In this document: positions 1 through 10,235 of the stretch, one piece after another | How positions within the stretch are numbered: position 1 is the stretch's first letter | Layout: each line of letters opens with the position of its first letter | Assembly: GCA_902783155.1 (NCBI GenBank) | Contig: CACZPR010000079.1 | Location: 24,339 to 88,338 of the forward strand | From: an uncultured Spirochaetaceae bacterium | GTDB lineage: Bacteria; Spirochaetota; Spirochaetia; Treponematales; Treponemataceae | Length of the DNA: 64,000 bases | Direction: 5' to 3' | Translations under genes and position numbers: made by a program | The notes under the pieces: model-generated | Told to the model about the DNA's origin: nothing | Seen by the model: only the letters and a program-made list of their open reading frames with translations | The model's database searches: none

Positions 1-304
1 GTTTCTGCTTGATTTTGTTCATGTCGCTTCCGTTTTTTGCCTTAATCAGAATGACGGTTTCGGCAAGAAGAGTGTCCTCTCCCTGTGCGTAGATGTACTG
101 GTCAAAATCTTCAAGATTGAATCCAAACTGCATTACAAAATAGTCGCCGTCCATTTTCAGCATGTGTGTCGGAAAGTTAACTTCGGACTCCATGCGGGCA
201 TAGACATCTTCAATGGCGACAGAGTTTTTTTTACCGGAGCAGCCTGAAAAAATCAGTGCGGAAATCAGCATGGCAAATGGAATCAAGAATTTATTTTTTT
301 TCAT
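1..304 (-). CDS. Lipoprotein, N-terminal part only (gene runs off the left edge); DUF4358-like by recollection
   Basis: Absent from the ORF track because it has no in-window stop. The reverse-strand ATG at 304 lies 1 nt after the stop of the upstream gene. It translates to MKKNKFLIPFAMLISALIFSGCSGKKNSVAIEDVYARMESE, a signal peptide plus lipobox. The frame stays open to position 1. Confidence 0.55.
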   Translation of the reverse strand, partial: MKKNKFLIPFAMLISALIFSGCSGKKNSVAIEDVYARMESEVNFPTHMLKMDGDYFVMQFGFNLEDFDQYIYAQGEDTLLAETVILIKAKNGSDMNKIKQK

Positions 305-305
305 T

Positions 306-1190
306 TTATTTTCCCTCGTAATATTCTTTTCTAAGTTCTTCTCTTGCAAGATTTTCAAGTGCCTCGTCCCAGAAAGCATACGCTGCTTTTGTGAGATGCA
401 CGTTTGTTCCGTCCGAAAGTTTTGTTCCATCGGGAAGTGCCAAAATCAGGTGTCCGTTTTCATCGCGAAGATTTTCCGCAACATCAACATAGGTCCATCC
501 GTTGTCGGCGCACATTTTTTCAAGGGCTTCGTTCGCCTTGTTGATGTTTTCGGTGCAGAGTTTTCCTTCTACCTGCTTGTCTTCCCGCATCGGGGTAACG
601 CTGAGAATGTAGAATTTTGCATCGGGGACGGCATCCTTTATTTTTTCAATAACCGCGATGTAGTTTTCGATAAAACCGTCAACTCCGCTCGGACCTATGT
701 CGTTCAGGCCGAAGAACATCATTACCCTGTTTTTTTCCAGCTGGGGAATTGCTTTCCAGAGATTGCACGGCTCCCCGTTGAATTTTGGGATATAGGCTTT
801 TTCCGAGCTTGAAAGGTCGTCCACATCAATAACGGCATATCTGACTGCGTTGCTGTTGCTTGCGAGCCATACCTTTGTGTCAAGTGGACCGAATGTTTCT
901 GGATTTACGTAAGAGTTTCCTTCCCACTTGTAGAAATTCATGCAGGAGTCGCCGCAGTAAACCACGTCCTTAAAAAAATCGCGCGGGTCAAATTCGCTAA
1001 GGTCTAGTTCGACCGGGGCTTTCTGTGGCTCTGGTTCCTTTGTTGTTTCCTCTAAAACTGTTGGAGCCTCAGGTACTTCCGTGGATTTAATCGACGCGGG
1101 CTTGGGGGTAGGGGATTTGTCATTGCCACATGCCGAAAAAACAAGGGCAGCCAGCGGTATTATGGCCGCTATTAAATATCTCTTTTTCAT
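306..1190 (-). CDS. SGNH/GDSL-family hydrolase lipoprotein
   Basis: Signal peptide plus lipobox (AALVFSAC). GDS block VVYCGDSCM, block III FFGLNDIG, and a C-terminal D..H-like region (SDGTNVHLT). Confidence 0.75.
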   Translation of the reverse strand: MKKRYLIAAIIPLAALVFSACGNDKSPTPKPASIKSTEVPEAPTVLEETTKEPEPQKAPVELDLSEFDPRDFFKDVVYCGDSCMNFYKWEGNSYVNPETFGPLDTKVWLASNSNAVRYAVIDVDDLSSSEKAYIPKFNGEPCNLWKAIPQLEKNRVMMFFGLNDIGPSGVDGFIENYIAVIEKIKDAVPDAKFYILSVTPMREDKQVEGKLCTENINKANEALEKMCADNGWTYVDVAENLRDENGHLILALPDGTKLSDGTNVHLTKAAYAFWDEALENLAREELRKEYYEGK

Positions 1191-1370
1191 GGTGCATTAT
1201 ATAGTAGCAAACTTCACTTTTTAATTCAATTAGTATGATTTGGGAATCTTGTGGCGGCAGGAAAAAGTTTGGACAAAATCAGGCTGAATGTCGGTTTCAC
1301 CCTTGAAAAATCGGGAAGCCTATGTGAGAATAAAAACGAGGGGTTTAAAAATTTATGTCGGAGATGCAGT

Positions 1371-4300
1371 ATGAAATTGTTTTTTAGTGACGTTAAAAAA
1401 ATATTCACCGTTGTGCTTGGGATTCTGTGCATTTTTTCCTGCAAGATGGAGGTCAGCGGAGGCGGGTCTGAATCTGGCGCTGGTTCCGATAATCCAGAAA
1501 GTCCCACGGTGGTGGAGTACAGCATAAGGCATTTTGTTGAGTCGCTGGATGGCGGATGGACCGAGCTTACTGACGACAGGGGCACCGGGCAGGGAAACAT
1601 TGCATCCACCACGAAATATGGCCCCTCCGATGCAAAATCATACAGCGGATTTAGTTTCAAGGAAATCAAAAACACAGGCCTTGCCGCGGACGGTTCTTCC
1701 GTTGTTGAGTTTTATTATACACGCAACACTTATACGCTGACTTTTGATGCCGGGGAAGGTGTTTTTTCTGGTATGGGAGCTGATGGAGAGGATGTCTCGA
1801 CCCTTTCGGTGGAATTCAAATATGGACAGCAGATTGTGCCACCGACACCAGCTCGACAGGGGTATAGTGCGGTTTGGGCTGATTCAAACACATGTCCCGC
1901 CGAAAATGCGACCTACACCGTGACATGGCTTGAAGGAAATGCGACCCTGTACACGATAAGGCATTTGCTTGAGTCGCTGGACGGAGAATGGAACGAGCGG
2001 ATTGATGACAGAAGTTCTGCCCAGGGAACCACCGCATCCACCACGGAATTGACTGAATCCGATGCAAAAAGCTACGAGGGATTCTCTTTCAAGGAAGTCA
2101 AAAACACGTACATAGCCGCAGACGGTTCTTCTGAAGTTTCTTTCTATTATATACGCAACACTTACACGCTGACTTTTGATGCCGGGGAAGGTACGTTTGC
2201 AGATGGAAAAAAATCCGTGACGAAATCATTCAAATATGGGGAAACTGTTGTTGCTCCGACTGCCACTCGCCAAGGGTATAGTGCAAGCTGGAGTACAGGC
2301 GATTGCCCTTCCGAAAATGCGTCGTACACCGTAACTTGGGTTCCGAACGAAAACACTTCCTATCATATAACGCATTTTGTTGAGATGCTGGACGGTTCAT
2401 GGTCTGAAAAAAGTGGCGACAGAAGCACAGGTCGTGGAAAAACCGATGGCCTGACCACTCTTTCCGAATCTGACGCAAAATCATATCCGGGATTTACGTT
2501 CAAGGAAGTCAAAAATGTTAAGATAAAAGCGGACGGTACTTCGCTTGTCGAGTTCCATTATGCACGCAACTCTTACACTCTGACTTTTAATGCCGGTGAA
2601 GGTGAGTTCGACGGTGGTGCGAAGACTGTGACAAGGACTTTGAAATACGAGGCTCCGGTTGAAATCCCTACAGCCACAAGGCAGGGCTATACCGCAAGCT
2701 GGGCTTCCGTCCCGGGAAAATGTCCTTCCGAAAATGCGTCGTACACAGTGACATGGATTGAAGGAAATGCGACCGGCTACAGCATAAAGCATTTTGTTGA
2801 GGATTTGAACGGTGGATGGACCGAGCGGACTGGAGATTCAGGCACTGGACTTGGAAAAACAGGGGCAATGACGACCTGTTCTGAATCTGGAGCAAAATCA
2901 TACCAAGGATTCAGCTTCAAGGAAGTAAAGAATGTTAGCATAGCGGCGGACGGTTCTTCTGTAGTTTCTTACTATTATGCACGCAACACTTACACGCTCA
3001 CTTTCAATGCAGGCGAAGGTGAGTTCGACGGTGGAAAAAAGACCGTGACAAGGACTTTCAAATACGAGGCTCCGGTTGAAATCCCATCCGCAAGAAGGAC
3101 TGGATATAGTGAAATCTGGACCGGGGTTCCAAATGTGTGTCCTGCAGAAAATGCGACATACACGGCAACATGGAAAGCAAACGAAAACACTCCGTACAAA
3201 ATAAAGCATTTCCTTATGAATGTTGACGGAAGGACTTGGGACGAGCGGACTTCGGACGAAAGCACAGGGCATGGAACGACAGATGCCCAGACCGCACTCA
3301 CTAAATCCAATGCAAAGTCATACACGGGATTCGTATTCTATGAAGTCAAGAACACAACCATAGCGGCGGACGGTTCTTCGGTTGTTGAGTTCTACTACAG
3401 GCGCAACTACTACACTATAACCTTTGTTGCCGAGGGTGGAAGTTTTGAGACAGGAACCACGGTCAACGCAGACGGAAACGCCACGGTCAATGTAATTTAC
3501 GGAGGAACCGTAACTGCCCCGAACGTAACAAGAATCGGCTACGAAGTTTCATGGCCTAAATTTACGACATGTACTGGAGCGAAAACCTATAAGGCAACGT
3601 GGAAACCATGTACTGTGACTTACACCGTAGAGCATTGGAAACAGAATGCAGATGATGATGAGTATGTACTGGGTTCCTCTAAGTCCACGACTGGAAAGTT
3701 TGGTCAACTGACAAATGCTAAAGAAAACGTTCCTACCGGATTTGAACTGCGAGACCCAATACAGCAGCAGGAAATTGCCCTGGACGGTTCAACTGTCGTA
3801 AAAATCTATTATGACCGCAAGGTGTTTGACATAAGTTTTGATGCCGGGGACGGAGTTTTCCTTGGCGCGGGAGAGAACGGCGAGGATATTTCTTCCTTTA
3901 CGAAGACATACAGATATTACCAAAAGACACCTGCGCTCACTCCGTTCAAGGATGGATTCGTGGCCACATGGAGTCCGAAAGATCCGAAAAATCAGTATGT
4001 GACGGCGAGCACAACATATAGCGTGACGTGGGAGGCTGGAACTGAGGATGCAAACTACAGCGTTCAACATTTTCAGGAGGCTGTGGACGGAACTTATGGT
4101 ATAAAACCCAAACTGAAAGAGACTAAATCAGGTCTGATAGGTTCCATGACGAAATTGACCGAAAGCGACGCGCAGGTCTACACGGGATTCTCGGTGGACC
4201 GCATAGAAAACACTCTAATCACGAAAGACGGAAAGGCGGTTGCGAAAATCTACTATAAACGTAACATCTGTAAGCTGACTTTCAATGCCGGGGAGGGGCG

Positions 4301-4949
4301 TTTCTCTGACGGATCAAATGTTCTTGTGCTTGAGGGACGTTACGGGGCGGCGGTTCCAATCGAGGAGCCTACGCGTGATTTCTGGAAGTGCACTCACTGG
4401 TTCACGGAAAGTTCTACGGCGCATCTGGAGCCTAAATTTGGTACAGCAAGCTCAGACATAAAAACTTTCCCTCTGGAATCCCAAACCTACGAGGCAAAAT
4501 GGGACGCGATCTTCAAGCTGAGTGCCGCCGTGGACGACAAGGGAAACGATGTCCTTTCAAATTTCAGCACGAAATGGGAGACCGTAATCGAGGTGCATGA
4601 CCAGGACTTTTATCTTTCCGGTGGAAGCAACCCAAGATGGCTTTCTGCAAAACCCACAATCGTAGGATGCCGGTTCTATCACGTGGATGCCTCGGCGCAG
4701 AATGATGAGAAACACTATAATGCTTTCTGGGGAACGGATGCAAATGTGGACCTTGTAAACCACAAGATTTCCGGAACTTTCTACGGACAGAAAATGGAGA
4801 CCCAGCTGAGCGAAGATTACAACGCAATCACGTTTACGATTCAATGCAAGGGACTCTATACAGAGAAGGGAGGTGGATTTTTTGGATTGGGAAAAGGAAA
4901 TCCCTTCGGAAAGTCCGGTTCCTACATTCTGACCTTCACGCGGAAATAA
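1371..4949 (+). CDS. Giant surface lipoprotein with seven tandem InlB-B-repeat-type modules
   Basis: ORF track gives 1251..4949. I start it at ATG 1371 because MKLFFSDVKKIFTVVLGILCIFSCK is a signal peptide plus lipobox. The body has 7 modules. Each is a Y.I.HF...DG.W....D..G.G beta-rich segment followed by YTLTF(D/N)AGEG...GY.A.W (Listeria-Bacteroides repeat type, from memory). The C-terminal ~150 aa are unique. Confidence 0.8.
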   Translation: MKLFFSDVKKIFTVVLGILCIFSCKMEVSGGGSESGAGSDNPESPTVVEYSIRHFVESLDGGWTELTDDRGTGQGNIASTTKYGPSDAKSYSGFSFKEIKNTGLAADGSSVVEFYYTRNTYTLTFDAGEGVFSGMGADGEDVSTLSVEFKYGQQIVPPTPARQGYSAVWADSNTCPAENATYTVTWLEGNATLYTIRHLLESLDGEWNERIDDRSSAQGTTASTTELTESDAKSYEGFSFKEVKNTYIAADGSSEVSFYYIRNTYTLTFDAGEGTFADGKKSVTKSFKYGETVVAPTATRQGYSASWSTGDCPSENASYTVTWVPNENTSYHITHFVEMLDGSWSEKSGDRSTGRGKTDGLTTLSESDAKSYPGFTFKEVKNVKIKADGTSLVEFHYARNSYTLTFNAGEGEFDGGAKTVTRTLKYEAPVEIPTATRQGYTASWASVPGKCPSENASYTVTWIEGNATGYSIKHFVEDLNGGWTERTGDSGTGLGKTGAMTTCSESGAKSYQGFSFKEVKNVSIAADGSSVVSYYYARNTYTLTFNAGEGEFDGGKKTVTRTFKYEAPVEIPSARRTGYSEIWTGVPNVCPAENATYTATWKANENTPYKIKHFLMNVDGRTWDERTSDESTGHGTTDAQTALTKSNAKSYTGFVFYEVKNTTIAADGSSVVEFYYRRNYYTITFVAEGGSFETGTTVNADGNATVNVIYGGTVTAPNVTRIGYEVSWPKFTTCTGAKTYKATWKPCTVTYTVEHWKQNADDDEYVLGSSKSTTGKFGQLTNAKENVPTGFELRDPIQQQEIALDGSTVVKIYYDRKVFDISFDAGDGVFLGAGENGEDISSFTKTYRYYQKTPALTPFKDGFVATWSPKDPKNQYVTASTTYSVTWEAGTEDANYSVQHFQEAVDGTYGIKPKLKETKSGLIGSMTKLTESDAQVYTGFSVDRIENTLITKDGKAVAKIYYKRNICKLTFNAGEGRFSDGSNVLVLEGRYGAAVPIEEPTRDFWKCTHWFTESSTAHLEPKFGTASSDIKTFPLESQTYEAKWDAIFKLSAAVDDKGNDVLSNFSTKWETVIEVHDQDFYLSGGSNPRWLSAKPTIVGCRFYHVDASAQNDEKHYNAFWGTDANVDLVNHKISGTFYGQKMETQLSEDYNAITFTIQCKGLYTEKGGGFFGLGKGNPFGKSGSYILTFTRK
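1518..4500 (+). repeat. Seven in-frame tandem coding repeats of 411-435 nt
   Basis: Module starts read from the sequence are 1518, 1950, 2361, 2778, 3195, 3621 and 4056. Modules 3 and 4 share long near-identical DNA stretches, for example around 2571-2700 versus 2988-3117. Confidence 0.75.
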
Positions 4950-4987
4950 AGGTTCCCAAATCTGTGAAAATAGATTAACATTTTTAT

Positions 4988-6724
4988 ATGAAGACATTGT
5001 TCAAACATCTGGCGCGGTACTGGTATTTTGCTTTGCTTGCGTCGGGATTTATGGTTGCGGAAGTTTTTGTTGATTTGCTCCAGCCGCGTCTCATGCAGCG
5101 TATCGTTGACGAGGGCATTCTTGGGGCGGATGTTTCGCTTGTGGTGTCCGTCGGAATCAAGATGATTCTGGTGGTTGTCTGCGGTGGTCTCTGTGGATTG
5201 CTGTCCGGCGTGTTCACAAATGTCACCGGCGAAAATCTTGGGAACGACCTGCGCAAGTCCTGCTTCAATAAAATCATGCACTTTTCTTTTGCCCAGACCG
5301 ACAGATTTTCAACAGGCTCCCTTGTTACCCGAATCACCAGCGACGTGAGCCAGGTGCAGCAGCTTTCCAAACAGATGATTCGTGGCTTTGTGCGCTGCAT
5401 CATGTTTTTTGTCGGCGGCACATCAGCCCTTCTTTCGCTGAATCTTTCGTTCGGTGTAATCCTTGCGTGTGCGTTTCCGCTGATTCTTCTGGACGTGATT
5501 TTTGTTGTCTGGAAAACGAATCCGCTTTTCAAATTGCTGCAGAATGCGCTGGACAGGCTCAACTCAATAATGCAGGAAAATGTCGGCGGAATCCGTGTGG
5601 TCAAGGCGTTCGTGCAGGAGAAGACCGAGATTGAAAGATTCTCAAAGGCCAACGAGGATTTGGTGAACACCCAGTTCCGCGTCCAGATGCTGCTTTCGTT
5701 TTTGCGTCCGGTGATGAACATAGTGCTGAACCTTGCCGTGGTCGGAATCATAATGATTGGGTCAAAGGGAGTGCAGAAGGGCGACATGGCTCCCGGTGCC
5801 GTGATGGCGGCAATCACATATATCTCCCAGATTCTCAACGGAATGATGATGCTCGCTATGATTTTCCAGACTCTCTCAAGGGGAACCGTTTCCGCAAAGA
5901 GACTTTCCGAGGTTCTTGATTCAAAATCCGAAATCGCCGACGGAGATTTTTCGGACAGGGTTTCACTCCAAAAACGCGGGTCCGTTGTTTTCAAAAATGT
6001 CGGCTTCTCGTATAACGAAAGCGGAAGTCCCGTCCTCCACGACATAAATCTTGAAATCAAGCCGGGGGAGACCTTTGCCATAATTGGTTCGACAGGTTCG
6101 GGAAAAACGACGCTTTTGAATCTTGTCACAAGGTTCTACGACTGCACCGAGGGAAGCGTTGAGGTTGACGGAATCGACGTGCGGCGGTATGAGGTGAAGT
6201 CTCTGCGTGAAAAGGTTTCGGTCTGCCTACAGAAAAGCGAGCTGTTCAGTTCGACCATAAGGGAAAATGTCGGAATCGGAAAGCCGGGTGCTACGGAGAA
6301 GGAAATCATGGATGCGTGTATTGCGGCCCAGGCCCACGATTTTATAATGCAGCAGAAGGACGGATATGACACAGCTGTTTCCGAAGGTGGAATGAGTCTT
6401 TCCGGTGGACAGAGGCAGAGGATTGCAATCAGCCGCGCTCTGGTGAAAAAAAGCGACATACTGATTTTCGACGACTCGACTTCGGCACTGGACCTTCGCA
6501 CCGAGGCAAATCTGTATGCCGCCCTGGACAAAAATTATTCGGACGTCACAAAAATAATTGTCGCGCAGAGGATTGCTTCGGTAAGAAATGCGGACAGGAT
6601 TGCGGTTCTGGATGGCGGAACAATTTGCGCATGCGGAAGCCATGACGAGCTTATGAAAACAAGTCCGGTCTACAGGGACATCTACGAGTCGCAGCTTAAG
6701 TCGCCGGAGGGAGGTGAAAAATGA
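4988..6724 (+). CDS. ABC exporter, fused permease/ATPase (half of a heterodimer)
   Basis: N-terminal multi-TM domain, Walker A GSTGSGKTT, signature LSGGQRQR, Walker B ILIFDDSTS. Confidence 0.9.
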   Translation: MKTLFKHLARYWYFALLASGFMVAEVFVDLLQPRLMQRIVDEGILGADVSLVVSVGIKMILVVVCGGLCGLLSGVFTNVTGENLGNDLRKSCFNKIMHFSFAQTDRFSTGSLVTRITSDVSQVQQLSKQMIRGFVRCIMFFVGGTSALLSLNLSFGVILACAFPLILLDVIFVVWKTNPLFKLLQNALDRLNSIMQENVGGIRVVKAFVQEKTEIERFSKANEDLVNTQFRVQMLLSFLRPVMNIVLNLAVVGIIMIGSKGVQKGDMAPGAVMAAITYISQILNGMMMLAMIFQTLSRGTVSAKRLSEVLDSKSEIADGDFSDRVSLQKRGSVVFKNVGFSYNESGSPVLHDINLEIKPGETFAIIGSTGSGKTTLLNLVTRFYDCTEGSVEVDGIDVRRYEVKSLREKVSVCLQKSELFSSTIRENVGIGKPGATEKEIMDACIAAQAHDFIMQQKDGYDTAVSEGGMSLSGGQRQRIAISRALVKKSDILIFDDSTSALDLRTEANLYAALDKNYSDVTKIIVAQRIASVRNADRIAVLDGGTICACGSHDELMKTSPVYRDIYESQLKSPEGGEK

Positions 6725-8535
6725 GCGGACAGAAATCAAGCATTGTCGAAAATGGATTCAGGCCGCGTGGCAGAGGCGGAATGGGTCGCCCCGTTGAAAA
6801 ACCGAAGAACGGAAAAAGGACGGTCAAAAGACTTTTTTCATATTTCAGGAACGAGAGCCTTTTCATAATCCTCCTTTCCGTGGTTGTTGTTGTGTCCGTT
6901 GCGGTCTCCGTTTTGGCCCCGACAGTCCAGAGCCGTGCTATTGATGGAATTGTGAGCGGCGAGTTTGAAAAGATTCCATCCCTTCTGGTCCTGATGCTCT
7001 CCCTCTATCTTGTCCACGCGGGGACCACATTGTTCCAGGGATTTCTTTCGGGGAAACTTTCGCAGCATGTCGTGAAGAAAGTCCGGCGTGACCTTTTTGA
7101 AAAGACCGTCAATCTTCCTGTGTCGTATATTGATTCGCATCCACATGGCGACATAATGAGCCGAATGACAAGCGACGCGGAGAATGTCTCGAATGTAATC
7201 AGCCAGTCCCTTTCGTCCCTTTTTTCCGGGGTGCTGACCTTGATAGGAACCGTCACAGTTATGTTGGTCTATTCCGTTCCCCTTACGCTCCTTACTTTCA
7301 GTACCGTTGTTCTGAGCGTGATTGCGACAAGGATTTTTTCTTCCCTCATGCACAAGTATTTTTTGAAAAAGCAGACGCTCCTTGGACAACTGAACGGCAT
7401 AGTCACGGAAAAGGTTACCGCGGTGAAGACCGTTGCGGCATACAATCTTCAGGAGAATATAATAGAAGAATTCAACAGGGCAAGCTCCGAGCTTACCAAG
7501 ACCGGAATCAAGGCGGACATCATCGGAAATGCCATGGGGCCTGTGATGAACATGCTGAACAACTGTTCCTTTGTGATTGTTGCCGCATTCGGTGCGTGGT
7601 TTGCGCTCAGGGGAATGATTTCCGTCGGCGTGATTTCGGCTTTCATAATCTACTCAAAGCAGTTTTCAAGGCCCATAAACGAACTTGCGCAGCTTTACGG
7701 TGAGCTGGAGACCGCTGTTGCCGGTGCGGAAAGGATTTTTGAGCTTCTGGACTGCGAGAGCGAGGACAAGTCTGGCGAAAAGACTCTGGAGCTTACGGAC
7801 GGCGTGATTGAATTCAGGGACGTGAATTTTTCATACGTGCCCGGAAAACCAGTCATACGGAATTTCAGCCTGAAGATTGGGGCGGGGAAAAAGATTGCCC
7901 TTGTCGGAACAACCGGCTCCGGGAAAACTACGGTCGTAAATCTTTTGATGAGGTTCTATCCGCTCGATTCCGGAACCATAACGGTGGACGGGGTGGACAT
8001 AAGGAATCTTACGACGGACAGCCTTAGGGACAGCGTGGGGATTGTTCTTCAGGACACGGTTCTTTTTACGGACACAGTGCGGCGGAACCTGAAATATGCG
8101 GACCAGAGCATAAGCGACGAAAAAATGTTCGAGGCGGCATCCCTTTCATCCTGCGACAAGGTTGTTGAATCCCTGGGCGACGGATATGACACCGTTCTGC
8201 ATGGGGCTGGCTCAAATCTTTCGCAGGGGCAGAGGCAGCTTTTGACCATAGGACGCGCTTTCCTTTCCTATCCCCGGATTCTGATTCTGGACGAGGCCAC
8301 GTCTTCCGTTGACACCAGGACTGAAAAGCAGATTCAGGATGCCATGGCCGTATTGATGAAGGACAGGACCAGCCTAATAATCGCACACAGGCTTTCGACC
8401 ATACAGGATGCGGACATGATAGTCGTGATGGACCAGGGACGCATAATCGAGACCGGAAGCCACAGGGAGCTGCTTGCGAAAAACGGAAGCTACAAATCGC
8501 TTTACATGAGCCAGTTTGCCGGACAGGAAACTTGA
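6721..8535 (+). CDS. ABC exporter, fused permease/ATPase (second half)
   Basis: Walker [10 protein letters not shown], signature LSQGQRQL, Walker [14 protein letters not shown] start/stop overlap with the upstream gene. Confidence 0.9.
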   Translation: MSGQKSSIVENGFRPRGRGGMGRPVEKPKNGKRTVKRLFSYFRNESLFIILLSVVVVVSVAVSVLAPTVQSRAIDGIVSGEFEKIPSLLVLMLSLYLVHAGTTLFQGFLSGKLSQHVVKKVRRDLFEKTVNLPVSYIDSHPHGDIMSRMTSDAENVSNVISQSLSSLFSGVLTLIGTVTVMLVYSVPLTLLTFSTVVLSVIATRIFSSLMHKYFLKKQTLLGQLNGIVTEKVTAVKTVAAYNLQENIIEEFNRASSELTKTGIKADIIGNAMGPVMNMLNNCSFVIVAAFGAWFALRGMISVGVISAFIIYSKQFSRPINELAQLYGELETAVAGAERIFELLDCESEDKSGEKTLELTDGVIEFRDVNFSYVPGKPVIRNFSLKIGAGKKIALVGTTGSGKTTVVNLLMRFYPLDSGTITVDGVDIRNLTTDSLRDSVGIVLQDTVLFTDTVRRNLKYADQSISDEKMFEAASLSSCDKVVESLGDGYDTVLHGAGSNLSQGQRQLLTIGRAFLSYPRILILDEATSSVDTRTEKQIQDAMAVLMKDRTSLIIAHRLSTIQDADMIVVMDQGRIIETGSHRELLAKNGSYKSLYMSQFAGQET

Positions 8536-8566
8536 AAATCTATGGTTATGTGGTATACTTTCGGTT

Positions 8567-9268
8567 ATGAGTACACACATTAACGCGCCGGACGGTGCAA
8601 TTGCGGAGGCTGTTCTGCTTCCTGGAGACCCCCTGAGGGCCAAGTTTATTGCTGAGAATTTTTTGAAGGACGCAAAGTGCTATAACGAGGTCCGCGGGAT
8701 GTACGGATTTACCGGCACATACAACGGAAAAAGGGTGTCCGTGCAGGGAACGGGCATGGGTCAGCCGTCTCTTTCCATCTACGTGAACGAGCTTTTCCGC
8801 TTCTATGGAGTGCAGAAGGCCATCCGTGTAGGAACTTGCGGGGCCGTGCAAAACGACATTGCTCTTCGCGACGTGATTCTTGCCCAGGCGGCCTGTTCCG
8901 ATTCTGCCCTGAACACACAGCGTTTTGGCGGTATGCATTTTGCCCCGATTGCGGATTTTGGACTGCTTTCGACCGCACACAGCAAGGCCGTGGACATGGG
9001 TCTGAACGCGAAGGTGGGACTGTGCGTTTCAAGCGACAACTTCTACGACGACAAGTCCAACTGGAAGCTCTGGGCTGAATACGGTGCGCTCGGACTGGAG
9101 ATGGAGGCCGCCGAACTTTATACGCTTGCGGCAAAATTCAAGCGGAAGGCTCTGGCAATACTCACGGTCAGCGACCACATACTTCTGGGCGGCGAGACCA
9201 CCGCGGAAGAAAGACAGACATCCTTCACCAACATGATTAAGCTTGCGCTGGAAACTGTAACAGCCTAG
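8567..9268 (+). CDS. deoD: Purine nucleoside phosphorylase
   Basis: [33 protein letters not shown]...GTGMGQPS...LGLEMEAA...TVSDH...ERQTSF is colinear with E. coli DeoD. I use ATG 8567 rather than the ORF-track TTG at 8516. Confidence 0.9.
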   Translation: MSTHINAPDGAIAEAVLLPGDPLRAKFIAENFLKDAKCYNEVRGMYGFTGTYNGKRVSVQGTGMGQPSLSIYVNELFRFYGVQKAIRVGTCGAVQNDIALRDVILAQAACSDSALNTQRFGGMHFAPIADFGLLSTAHSKAVDMGLNAKVGLCVSSDNFYDDKSNWKLWAEYGALGLEMEAAELYTLAAKFKRKALAILTVSDHILLGGETTAEERQTSFTNMIKLALETVTA

Positions 9269-9309
9269 GCGGACTGTTGTTTTTAATAAAAATCTTAAAG
9301 GAGAAAAAA

Positions 9310-10218
9310 ATGAAACCTACACTTTTGGTACTTGCAGCAGGAATGGGAAGCCGCTACGGTGGTGTCAAGCAGATTGATTCTGTCGGTAAAAACGGCGAGT
9401 GTCTTTTGGATTTTGCCGCCTACGATGCCCGCGAGGGTGGATTCGGTAAGGTTGTCTATATAATAAGGAAGGATATTGAAAAGGATTTCCGTGAAAAACT
9501 GTTCGACCGTGTTGCAAGGAACATGGATGCCGACTACGTTTTCCAGGAGCCCCATGCCCTTCTTTCTGATGATGAAATCGCCCGTGCCGCGGAGAGGACA
9601 AAGCCGTGGGGAACAATCCATGCAGTCCTTTGCGCTGAGAAAGCCCTGGACACACCCTTTGCCGTAATCAATTCGGATGACTACTATGGCCGCGACGCAT
9701 TCAAAACCCTTGGCGGCTATCTTTCTTCAATAGACCCGAAAAGCACCGAACATGCTATGGTCGGATATGTGCTTGGAAACACGCTCAGCCCGTCCGGAAC
9801 CGTGAGCCGTGGAGTCTGTTCCGTAAAGGACGGATACCTTGAGTCAATAGTCGAAAACACCAAGATTGGGTACAGGGATGGAAAAGTCATCAGCGAGATT
9901 GACGGAAAGGACGTGGTTCTGACCGGAAACGAGTGGGTGAGCATGAATCTGTTTGCGTTCAGCCTGAAAGCGTTCGACACTTTCCACGAATACTGGGACA
10001 ACTTCAAGAGGATATCGCTCGACCAGCCTAAATCCGAGGCACTTCTTCCTGCCGCCGCATCCGACATTGTGAAAAATGGCGAGGGAAAAATCAAGTTCTT
10101 CACGTCAACGGAACGCTGGTTCGGAATGACCTACCCGGAGGACCGCGAGATTGTCAAAAAAGAGCTTGCGAGGAAGATTGAGGAAGGCTACTACCCGGAA
10201 CGCATTTGGGAAAAATAG
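9310..10218 (+). CDS. Sugar-phosphate nucleotidyltransferase family protein
   Basis: The N-terminal LVLAAGMGSRYGG loop is typical of the NTP-transferase fold. AAAGGAG lies before ATG 9310. Confidence 0.65.
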   Translation: MKPTLLVLAAGMGSRYGGVKQIDSVGKNGECLLDFAAYDAREGGFGKVVYIIRKDIEKDFREKLFDRVARNMDADYVFQEPHALLSDDEIARAAERTKPWGTIHAVLCAEKALDTPFAVINSDDYYGRDAFKTLGGYLSSIDPKSTEHAMVGYVLGNTLSPSGTVSRGVCSVKDGYLESIVENTKIGYRDGKVISEIDGKDVVLTGNEWVSMNLFAFSLKAFDTFHEYWDNFKRISLDQPKSEALLPAAASDIVKNGEGKIKFFTSTERWFGMTYPEDREIVKKELARKIEEGYYPERIWEK

Positions 10219-10235
10219 GCCTATCGGGGGATTGT

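Noticed and set aside
1251-1370. Long N-terminal extensions proposed by the ORF track for many genes (for example 1251, 8516, 9277, 10206, 10927, 24785, 29396, 31654, 34416, 38123, 45424, 46278, 61371)
   Set aside because: In each case an internal ATG, GTG or TTG with a Shine-Dalgarno gives the family-typical N-terminus or a proper signal peptide and lipobox. The upstream extension is non-homologous and often overlaps the preceding gene or a promoter.
4984-6129. 381-aa reverse-strand ORF, and many similar long antisense ORFs: 213-812(+), 10221-11144(-), 14585-15193(-), 15797-16390(-), 19339-20496(-), 38753-39376(-), 43066-43665(+), 49230-49913(-)
   Set aside because: Each lies entirely inside a gene on the other strand that carries unmistakable family motifs (ABC ATPase, GDSL, PMI, HprK, HolA, LysM-repeat protein, LCP, helicase, U32). 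Their translations are low-complexity or Arg/Ser/Pro-rich with no RBS. They are typical shadow ORFs.
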